A stretch of DNA of 32,000 nucleotides from Erysipelotrichaceae bacterium. GTDB lineage: Bacteria; Bacillota_I; Bacilli_A; Erysipelotrichales; Erysipelotrichaceae. The position numbers and the translations under genes were made by a program. The stretch lies in the NCBI GenBank assembly GCA_963663995.1, contig OY760660.1, positions 540,001 to 572,000 of the forward strand, in the 5' to 3' direction. This document shows positions 1 through 6,930 of this stretch, piece by piece. Below the pieces are notes generated by a model. It ran no database searches, was not told where the DNA came from, and saw nothing but the letters and a program-made list of their open reading frames with translations. How positions within the stretch are numbered: the first letter of the stretch is position 1; each line of letters starts with the position of its first letter.

Positions 1-170
1 TTTTCCAGAACTATTTCACAGCGCTTAATCGCATCGTGAACTGCTGATCGTGAGGTTTTAGTGTGTTCTGAAATCTCAGATAATGATAGATCTTCACGAT
101 AGTATAAATCGACAATTTCCTTTTGTTTATCGGTTAATTGACTCTCATACCAATCTAGAAGTTCATTCAT
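1..170 (-). CDS. ylxM: YlxM/UPF0122-type small HTH protein (N-terminal part; 3' end runs off the window)
   Basis: Not in the ORF track because it is cut by the edge. Manual minus-strand translation from the ATG at 170 gives [56 protein letters not shown]... This is a sigma-70 region-4-like HTH. It starts 10 nt after the ftsY stop, as in the Bacillus smc-ftsY-ylxM arrangement. Confidence 0.75.
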   Translation of the reverse strand, partial: MNELLDWYESQLTDKQKEIVDLYYREDLSLSEISEHTKTSRSAVHDAIKRCEIVLE

Positions 171-180
171 TCTTTCGGTC

Positions 181-1122
181 TTATCCAACATCATTAAGCT
201 CACTTGATATTGCTTCAATAAAACTTGAAGCACTAAAGGGTCTAAGATCATATAAACCTTCACCTAAACCAATATAGACAACAGGTAACTTTAATTCTGA
301 TGCAATCGCAATTAAACTACCCGCTTTTGCGCTACCATCCATTTTCGTACAAATGATTGCACTCACTTCTACTGATTCTAAGAAAGTTTGTGCTTGTGAT
401 AAAGCATTTTGCCCGGTACTTGCATCTAAAACCAAGAAAACATGTTGTGCTTTGAAAGAAAGTGTTTTTTCAATCACTCGATGAATCTTAGCGAGTTCAT
501 TCATTAAATTTACTTTGTTTTGAAGACGACCAGCCGTGTCAACAATGACCACATCATAGCCCTCACTTTGTGCTAAACGACAACCATCTACAACCACCGA
601 AGCAGGATCGACATTTGCTGCCCCAAAAACACATTTCACATCAATTTTTTCAGCCCATGTTTGAAGTTGTAAAACAGCTGCAGCGCGAAAGGTATCGGCT
701 GCAATCAACATAACTTTCTTACCTTCAAGTTTATATTGATGAGCCAGTTTAGCACAGGTTGTAGTTTTACCTGCCCCATTAACGCCCACCATCAAAATAA
801 CTTGCATCCCTTCTTTAAAGTCTTCATAAACTTTAAAGCGCGAGATAACTTCTTGGGTAAGTTCTAAAACAGCTTCTTGGCTTGTTTCAGGTTTTATTTT
901 CTTTAATTTATTGATTAGATCTTGGCTAACTTTTTGACCGACATCGCTATCAATTAATACATTTTTTAAATCAGCATAAAAATTTTCATCAACACTTTTA
1001 CTTAGACCTAATAATCTTTTTAAACCTTTGCCAAAGTGCTTCTCAGTTTCTTTTAAACCTTCTTCGTAGACTTGATCTTCTTGTCCACTAATGAAATTTT
1101 TTACTTTTGAGAAAAAACTCAT
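181..1122 (-). CDS. ftsY: Signal recognition particle receptor FtsY (short form, no acidic A domain)
   Basis: SRP-GTPase motifs are present: [10 protein letters not shown] (P-loop), [19 protein letters not shown] start/stop overlap with smc. Confidence 0.95.
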   Translation of the reverse strand: MSFFSKVKNFISGQEDQVYEEGLKETEKHFGKGLKRLLGLSKSVDENFYADLKNVLIDSDVGQKVSQDLINKLKKIKPETSQEAVLELTQEVISRFKVYEDFKEGMQVILMVGVNGAGKTTTCAKLAHQYKLEGKKVMLIAADTFRAAAVLQLQTWAEKIDVKCVFGAANVDPASVVVDGCRLAQSEGYDVVIVDTAGRLQNKVNLMNELAKIHRVIEKTLSFKAQHVFLVLDASTGQNALSQAQTFLESVEVSAIICTKMDGSAKAGSLIAIASELKLPVVYIGLGEGLYDLRPFSASSFIEAISSELNDVG

Positions 1123-4076
1123 GCTTCACCTTCTACAATTTCTTCACCACTTGTATTGCTTGGTTCTGCCATCATCATCGCATCTGCTAGACGAACTTTC
1201 AACATTTGTGATACACCACCCACCTGCATCGTTACACCGTACAGAATGTCACACATCGCCATAGTTCCTGGACGATGGGTTAAAACGATAAATTGGGTAT
1301 TTTCTTCAGAGAAGTGTTTCATATAGTGCGCAAAACGTTCAACATTGGCTTGGTCAAGTGCTGCTTCTACTTCATCAAAAACACAAAGGGGCATATGACG
1401 AACTTGTAAAATCGCAAATAAAACTGAAATTGCAATTAAACTCTTTTCACCCCCAGAGAATAGGCGCATATTCTTAATCGACTTCCCTTTTGGTTGAACA
1501 TGTATTTCAATCCCAGAATTTAATACATCTTCTGGATTATCTAAAGCTAAATAAGCATGACCACCGCCAAACATATGTTGAATAACATTTGGTAATACTT
1601 CATTTATCTTTTCAATAATTTCAGTGAATTGACCAATCATAATACCGTCAAGTTCAGTAATTAAGCCTAAAATTTTATCGCGACTTTCTTCAATTTCTTT
1701 AACTTGTGTACCGATATGTTCATAACGTTCATTGACTTCTTCAAAATCAGCTGGTGCATTCATATTGATATTGCCTAAACGTTCGATATCTTCTCTTAGT
1801 TGGGCAACTTCTTCAACAGCATTTTCAGATAATATCTCAATTGGATGTTCAAGTGTATATTCATACGTCAATTGATAATCTGAAGATAAGCGATTCATTA
1901 AGTTTTCAACATTTGTTTGCGAACGTGTAATATCTAAATCTAATTCATGTTGAGTCGTTTTTAAAGCAGATAATTCACGTCTTTGCTGACGCATTTGATT
2001 ATCTCTTCTTTCACTCTCATTCCCTTTTTTTAAACGTGTATCACGCTTTGATTCTAATTGAAGTTTTAACTCATCTCGATCCGAATAAGCTTTATTTAAC
2101 AAATCGATTAAATCATCACTAAAGTTTTCTTCTTCACTTAAACTTGGTGAAATAGAATCTAAATCAGACTTTAGACGTTCATACTTTGCTCGTTTTGCCT
2201 CAACAACTGGTTCTAGTTGTGCAGCCGCAATACGTTGTTCTAAAAGATTTGATTCAAGTTCACTTTTTTGTGAACTTAATTCAAAGAGTTTATCTTGATG
2301 GCTACTGACACTAGCTTGGTATTGGACGATTTGTTGATTTAATTCTTCCATTTCCTTGTTTAAGGATAAAGGTGAATTATTATCTTTCTGACGACCACCA
2401 GTCATCGATCCACCACGATGGATAACATCACCATCTAAAGTAACGATTTTATATTGGTAATTTAATAGCTTAGCCATTTCATTACCATTCTCTAAATCAT
2501 CGACGACTAATACATTTCCAAGTAATGAATCATTGACAACATCATATTTAGGTTCGCAGATAACAAAATCAGCAGCTATCCCTAAATAACCTTTTGTTTC
2601 AGAAGCAACAATTGAATGTTCACGATTAATATAGCGTGGTCTAAGCACAGTTAAAGGTAAGAAAGTTGCACGCCCAGACTCATTCTTCTTTAAAAAGTTA
2701 ATTGCTCTTCGCGCTGATTCTTCATCCTTGGTGACGATATTATAAAGTGCTCCACCAAAAGCAGTAGATATCGCATCTTCATAACCTTTCTCAGGTACCA
2801 TCAAATTTGAAATAACGCCAAAAACACCATTTAGGGTTGATTGGGCTCTTACAATCGATTGAACCCCTGCTTGGTTCATAAATGGTCGTGCTTTTAAATT
2901 CTCTGCTACTTCTAATTTGTTTTTAGATCTTTGAAGACGATGTTGACTTTCTTCGACCAGACTATTTTGATCGATTAAAGCACGATTAATCTCAATCGAT
3001 TTTTGATTGAGTTGAATAATCTCTTGATTAATATTTTCTAAACGGGTAGAACGATCTTCATATTCCGCTTTTGCTTCTTGATAAAGTGATTTGAGTTCAT
3101 TCGCTCTCTCTTCACTATTTCCCACTTCTAAGGTGTACTTACGTCTTTCATCAATTTCAATCTTACGTGTTTCAAGCGTTTGAATTTCATTCATAACGCG
3201 CATTAAACGTTCTTGTATTTCATGAATACTTTGGTCTAAGTCATGGATTTCAGAACGTGCTAAAAGATTGGTATTTTCATGAACTTGGATTTGCGCTTCT
3301 AAAATAGCTTCTTGAGCAGAAAGTTCATTGACTTGTGCTTGGTTTTCACTCAAGCGTTGATTAAGTTGAGTAATTTGGTCTGAAATAACAGCAATCTCAA
3401 TTTCTTGGAGTCGTTGTTTCTTTTCAGCATATATTTTTGCTTTTTGAGCCGCTTTTTTAAGTGGTAGAACTTGTTTTTGTAGTTCTAGGTAAATATCATT
3501 GATACGATCTAAATTCGCTTGTGTGCGCTCTAATTTATGGACAGCATCATCTTTACGTTTACGATACTTAGCAACCCCAGCTGCTTCTTCAAAAATACCC
3601 CGACGATCAATCGGTTTAGCTTCAGCAAAATTAGAAATGGTTCCTTGCGAAATCATACTTAATGATTCACGACCAATCCCACTATCTAAAACTAAGTTAT
3701 GAATATCTTTTAATCGACAAGCTGTTTTATTAATAAGGTATTCACCCGATGAATCAGAACGATGAATACGACGAGTAATTTCAATTTCTTCATAATCGGA
3801 GTCAAAAGCACGATCATGGTTGTCAAAAACTAAGCTAACCTCAGCAAATTGAACACGTCGACGACTTTCACTTCCAGCAAAAATAACATCCACCATTTGG
3901 GATGATCTTAAGGATTTAACAGATTGCTCACCTAAAACCCATCGTATCGCATCAACAATATTACTCTTACCACAACCATTAGGTCCTACAACCCCAGTTA
4001 AAGCATGGTCAAAGTTAATTGTGACTCGATCCGCAAAGGATTTAAAGCCTTGCATTTCAATACGCTTTAAAAACAT
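1119..4076 (-). CDS. smc: Chromosome partition/condensin protein Smc (985 aa, short coiled-coil version)
   Basis: N-terminal Walker A GPNGCGKSNIVDAIRWVLGEQS. Long heptad-rich arms and a central hinge. C-terminal signature LSGGEKSLIAISVLFAI and Walker B CVFDEVEAALD. GGAGG SD sits 8 nt upstream. Confidence 0.95.
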   Translation of the reverse strand: MFLKRIEMQGFKSFADRVTINFDHALTGVVGPNGCGKSNIVDAIRWVLGEQSVKSLRSSQMVDVIFAGSESRRRVQFAEVSLVFDNHDRAFDSDYEEIEITRRIHRSDSSGEYLINKTACRLKDIHNLVLDSGIGRESLSMISQGTISNFAEAKPIDRRGIFEEAAGVAKYRKRKDDAVHKLERTQANLDRINDIYLELQKQVLPLKKAAQKAKIYAEKKQRLQEIEIAVISDQITQLNQRLSENQAQVNELSAQEAILEAQIQVHENTNLLARSEIHDLDQSIHEIQERLMRVMNEIQTLETRKIEIDERRKYTLEVGNSEERANELKSLYQEAKAEYEDRSTRLENINQEIIQLNQKSIEINRALIDQNSLVEESQHRLQRSKNKLEVAENLKARPFMNQAGVQSIVRAQSTLNGVFGVISNLMVPEKGYEDAISTAFGGALYNIVTKDEESARRAINFLKKNESGRATFLPLTVLRPRYINREHSIVASETKGYLGIAADFVICEPKYDVVNDSLLGNVLVVDDLENGNEMAKLLNYQYKIVTLDGDVIHRGGSMTGGRQKDNNSPLSLNKEMEELNQQIVQYQASVSSHQDKLFELSSQKSELESNLLEQRIAAAQLEPVVEAKRAKYERLKSDLDSISPSLSEEENFSDDLIDLLNKAYSDRDELKLQLESKRDTRLKKGNESERRDNQMRQQRRELSALKTTQHELDLDITRSQTNVENLMNRLSSDYQLTYEYTLEHPIEILSENAVEEVAQLREDIERLGNINMNAPADFEEVNERYEHIGTQVKEIEESRDKILGLITELDGIMIGQFTEIIEKINEVLPNVIQHMFGGGHAYLALDNPEDVLNSGIEIHVQPKGKSIKNMRLFSGGEKSLIAISVLFAILQVRHMPLCVFDEVEAALDQANVERFAHYMKHFSEENTQFIVLTHRPGTMAMCDILYGVTMQVGGVSQMLKVRLADAMMMAEPSNTSGEEIVEGEA

Positions 4077-4146
4077 GGAATGCCTCCATTCAACATCCCT
4101 TATTATAGCTTAAAAAGTGCTTTCTTTTAACATCGAAACCACTAAT

Positions 4147-4743
4147 TTATAGACGTATTTTTACGTGTATGACTTTACCAAAGATTTGAACTTGTAAATT
4201 TTCAATTTCTTCTGGTCCATAAACACGATCTTCGTATGCATCATTTTCAGAATGAAGGATCATTTTATTACCTTCGTAGTAAACACGCTTAACGGTTGCT
4301 TCTTCCTCAATCATCACAACGGCAATCTCACCATTTTCAACATGATTTTGACGTTTAACATAGATTAAATCTTTTGGAAAGATTCGAGCGTTTACCATTG
4401 AGTCACCAACAACCTCTAAATAGAAATAGGTTCCACCACGAGCTTCATTCATCGAAACGTATTCTTGACCTAAATAATCTTCTTGAGCCACTTGATTGGG
4501 CCCACCACGTACAACACCTAGAATAGGGATTAAGACAGCTTCTTCACCATTCATCAGTTCATCAACAGTCAAATTAAAAAGATCGGCTAAGCCTTGTAAA
4601 ACCTTCATCGGTGGCATCGCTGTTCCGTCTTCCCATTTTTGAATGGTGGTAAAAGACTTATAACCAAAGTGATTGGCTAAATCATTTTGACTTAAACCCT
4701 TGTCTTTTCTGAGTTGTTTTAAATGTTCATTGAAATTCATCAT
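4147..4743 (-). CDS. LexA-like/HdiR-like repressor: N-terminal XRE-family HTH fused to a C-terminal S24 self-cleaving peptidase domain
   Basis: HTH: LKQLRKDKGLSQNDLANHFGYKSFTTIQKWEDG. S24 catalytic motifs: GDSM (Ser) and ATVKRV (Lys). The track start at 4761 is a TTG lying inside the predicted promoter. I prefer the ATG at 4743 (MMNFNEH...). The gene is divergent from a Y-family polymerase. Confidence 0.85.
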   Translation of the reverse strand: MMNFNEHLKQLRKDKGLSQNDLANHFGYKSFTTIQKWEDGTAMPPMKVLQGLADLFNLTVDELMNGEEAVLIPILGVVRGGPNQVAQEDYLGQEYVSMNEARGGTYFYLEVVGDSMVNARIFPKDLIYVKRQNHVENGEIAVVMIEEEATVKRVYYEGNKMILHSENDAYEDRVYGPEEIENLQVQIFGKVIHVKIRL

Positions 4744-4749
4744 GCTTAT

Positions 4750-4777
4750 ATCATAACTCAACTTGAATATTTTTCAA
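4750..4777 (-). promoter_or_regulatory. Putative sigma-A promoter of the LexA-like gene (TTGAAA-16 nt-TATGAT), predicted to give a leaderless mRNA
   Basis: Minus strand reads TTGAAA (4777-4772), a 16-nt spacer, TATGAT (4755-4750), then 6 nt, then the ATG at 4743. There is no SD between the -10 and the ATG. Confidence 0.35.
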
Positions 4778-4780
4778 GTT
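4760..4780. promoter_or_regulatory. Operator candidate O1: perfect palindrome AACTTGAA-N5-TTCAAGTT
   Basis: Read directly: aacttgaa tattt ttcaagtt. It overlaps the -35/spacer of the predicted repressor promoter. Confidence 0.6.
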
Positions 4781-4789
4781 TCACTTGTG

Positions 4790-4808
4790 ACTTGAATTAA
4801 ATTCAAGT
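4790..4808. promoter_or_regulatory. Operator candidate O2: perfect palindrome ACTTGAA-N5-TTCAAGT
   Basis: Read directly: acttgaa ttaaa ttcaagt. Half-sites and spacing match O1. It lies in the spacer of the best polymerase-promoter candidate (TTGTGA 4785-4790, 17 nt, TAAACT 4808-4813). Confidence 0.6.
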
Positions 4809-4829
4809 AAACTAGACTTAGGTAAACAT

Positions 4830-6086
4830 ATGCAAGATCGAATTATATTACACTGTGATTTAAATAACTTTTATGCCTCGGTTGAATGCCTTCATCACCC
4901 TGAATACAAGAACATCCCTTTAGCAGTTGGCGGTGATGTTGAGAAAAGACACGGGATCGTTTTAGCGAAAAACCAAATTGCTAAACGCTATGGCATTCAA
5001 ACCGGAGAAACTTTGTGGCAAGCTAAACAAAAATGCCCATCCATTCTTTTTGTGAAGCCGAATTTTTCACTATATCTACGTTTCTCAAAAATGGTCAAAG
5101 ACATCTATCGAGAATATACTGATCAAGTTGAATCGTTTGGGATTGATGAAGCTTGGTTAGACGTTACCCATAGTATTCACCTCTTTAAATGCTCACCGGG
5201 ACAACTGGCTGATCAAATAAGAGAACGCATCAAAAAAGAAGTTGGAATTACCGCTTCTGTGGGTGTCAGTTTCAATAAAGTTTTTGCGAAGTTAGGTTCA
5301 GATATGAAAAAACCGGATGCGACTACTTTAATCACGCGTGAAAACATGGAAGCTTTGATTTACCCTTTACCGATTAGTGAACTCCTTTATGTTGGTCGAG
5401 CGACCACTAAAAAAATGAAGGAAATCGGTATCTTTACGATTGGTGATTGTGCTCGCTATGATGTCAATATCCTTAAACGTCGTTTAGGAAAATGGGGCGA
5501 ATATATTTGGCGTTTTGCGAACGGTTTAGAAAATAGTGTTGTGGCGGTTAATGATAATCAACCTTTAGTTAAATCGATTGGTAATAGCACTACTTCACCT
5601 AAGGACTTAAAGAATCTTGAAGATGTTAAGATTGTGACTTATGTTTTATCTGAAAGTGTGGCAGCCAGATTAAAAGAAGCCCATTTGATGTGCAAGACCG
5701 TTACGATTGCGGTGCGTGATTATAAATTGAATACCTTTACTCGACAAATACCTTTAAGCCACCCTTCTCAACTCTCAGAAACAATCGCGGCAGCAGCTCT
5801 TTACCTTTTTAAAGAAAATGTCGACTTTAAAAACCCTTTAAGAAGCATTGGGGTTAAAGCCTCTGATTTAGTCAGTGAACAAGACATTCTTCAACTCGAT
5901 ATCTTTATGGCTTATGACGATGAAGAAAAAGCTTTGAGTCTAGAGAAAACAATTGAACATATTCGTCAACGTTATGGTTTTAGTAGTGTTCAAAGAGCTT
6001 TAATGTTAAGCGATGTTGAACTGAGCGGCTTTAATCCTAAAGCAGATCATGTGATTTTCCCTGAAGCCTATTTCAAAGGATCTTAG
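4830..6086 (+). CDS. dinB: Y-family translesion DNA polymerase (DinB/UmuC superfamily; N-terminal motif looks closer to the UmuC type)
   Basis: ILHCDLNNFYASVEC (catalytic Asp plus the FYAS.E motif), GIDEAWLDVT, SVGVSFNKVFAKLGSDMKKPD. Length of 418 aa fits. Symbol is provisional: pipelines would usually call it dinB/Pol IV, but the NxFYAS.E motif resembles UmuC. Confidence 0.9.
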   Translation: MQDRIILHCDLNNFYASVECLHHPEYKNIPLAVGGDVEKRHGIVLAKNQIAKRYGIQTGETLWQAKQKCPSILFVKPNFSLYLRFSKMVKDIYREYTDQVESFGIDEAWLDVTHSIHLFKCSPGQLADQIRERIKKEVGITASVGVSFNKVFAKLGSDMKKPDATTLITRENMEALIYPLPISELLYVGRATTKKMKEIGIFTIGDCARYDVNILKRRLGKWGEYIWRFANGLENSVVAVNDNQPLVKSIGNSTTSPKDLKNLEDVKIVTYVLSESVAARLKEAHLMCKTVTIAVRDYKLNTFTRQIPLSHPSQLSETIAAAALYLFKENVDFKNPLRSIGVKASDLVSEQDILQLDIFMAYDDEEKALSLEKTIEHIRQRYGFSSVQRALMLSDVELSGFNPKADHVIFPEAYFKGS

Positions 6087-6089
6087 ATC

Positions 6090-6326
6090 ATGAAAATATA
6101 TGTCGATGTGGTGATTTTAAACACCAAAGAAGGACAAATTAAACCTTTAATGATTATCTGGAAGAATGGTGTAAAGTACGCCATTGATAAAGTATCTCAA
6201 GTAACACGAGCCGCTTCTACGATTGCTGGTGGAACTGGGATTCGCTATACTTGTTTTATCCAAGGTCAACAACGTTATCTCTTTTTAGAGGAAGATAAAT
6301 GGTTTATTGAAAAGAAGGAAGCTTAA
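6090..6326 (+). CDS. 78-aa hypothetical protein translationally coupled to the Y-family polymerase
   Basis: ATG lies 4 nt after the polymerase stop, with AAAGGA 9 nt upstream. It ends 1 nt before the SRAP start. I recognise no family by eye. It does not look like YolD (no RGxxKW-type motif). Confidence 0.6.
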   Translation: MKIYVDVVILNTKEGQIKPLMIIWKNGVKYAIDKVSQVTRAASTIAGGTGIRYTCFIQGQQRYLFLEEDKWFIEKKEA

Positions 6327-6327
6327 T

Positions 6328-6903
6328 ATGTGTGGACGATATTTATTTAGACAAGAAGTTGATGAAGAAATTGAAAGACTATTAAATGAATTACCCCCAT
6401 CTGTTCAACAAGAACTCTCTTTACATGAAATATATCCAAGTCATAAAACACTCGTTATTGATGAAAGTCAAAAATATAAAGTAATGCGCTGGGGTTACGC
6501 AAAATGGGATACAAAAGGTGTTGTGATTAACGCCCGTTCTGAAAGTATTAAAGAATCAACTTTCTTTAACCAAGACTTAAAAGAAAGAAGATGCATTATC
6601 AAAGCGAAAGGTTTCTACGAATGGAATAGTGATAAAGAAAAAAATTTAGTTACACCAACTAAAGACGAATACTTCTATATGGCCGGTCTTTATACAGATG
6701 AGGAAACCCCACGATTTGCGATTATAACTACCGAGTCTGAGGGAGATTTCAAAAACTTACACAACCGCATTCCATTAATGATTCCAAAGCAATATATCAA
6801 AGCCTATTTAACTGATGGATTTAATGTTTTTGAAGATTTCACTAAACTAAAACAAATGGACGTTCAGTGGGAAAATCAATCTGTTCTACAAAAACTTTTT
6901 TAA
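6328..6903 (+). CDS. SOS-response-associated peptidase (SRAP; YedK/HMCES family abasic-site sensor)
   Basis: Start corrected from 6307 to the ATG at 6328, so the protein begins MCGRY (the family-defining catalytic Cys2). AAGGAA SD at 6315-6320. Further motifs: INARSES, GFYEW, HNRIPLMI. Confidence 0.9.
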   Translation: MCGRYLFRQEVDEEIERLLNELPPSVQQELSLHEIYPSHKTLVIDESQKYKVMRWGYAKWDTKGVVINARSESIKESTFFNQDLKERRCIIKAKGFYEWNSDKEKNLVTPTKDEYFYMAGLYTDEETPRFAIITTESEGDFKNLHNRIPLMIPKQYIKAYLTDGFNVFEDFTKLKQMDVQWENQSVLQKLF

Positions 6904-6930
6904 AAAAACTAGCGCGAGCTAGTTTTCATT
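6901..6930. terminator. Bidirectional intrinsic terminator between convergent genes
   Basis: AAAACTAGC (6905-6913), GCGA loop, GCTAGTTTT (6918-6926). Flanked by an A-run and a T-run, so it can serve both strands. It overlaps the last codons of the 884-aa gene. Confidence 0.75.

Noticed and set aside
83-277. 64-aa plus-strand ORF
   Set aside because: It lies antisense to the ylxM and ftsY coding sequences. It has no SD, and its composition is typical of a shadow ORF.
3499-3702. Small antisense ORFs inside housekeeping genes (3499-3702, 15446-15661, 17188-17433, 17918-18262, 18338-18550, 20827-21159, 22813-23010, 26598-26789, 26708-26893, 27519-27710, 27803-28000, 29606-29821, 29942-30169, 30170-30409)
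   Set aside because: Each is fully or largely contained within a well-supported conserved gene on the opposite strand, or overlaps a terminator. None shows an SD or a recognisable motif.
4781-4790. Short palindrome TCACTTGTGA between the two operators as a third operator
   Set aside because: The arms are only 4 bp and are unrelated to the ACTTGAA half-site. This is likely chance in an AT-rich spacer.
4147-6903. LexA-like/polymerase/SRAP cassette as a prophage or ICE remnant, or as a toxin-antitoxin pair
   Set aside because: No integrase, structural, replication or conjugation genes are nearby, and no flanking direct repeats are visible. The S24 domain and Y-family polymerase motifs point to a damage-response module instead.
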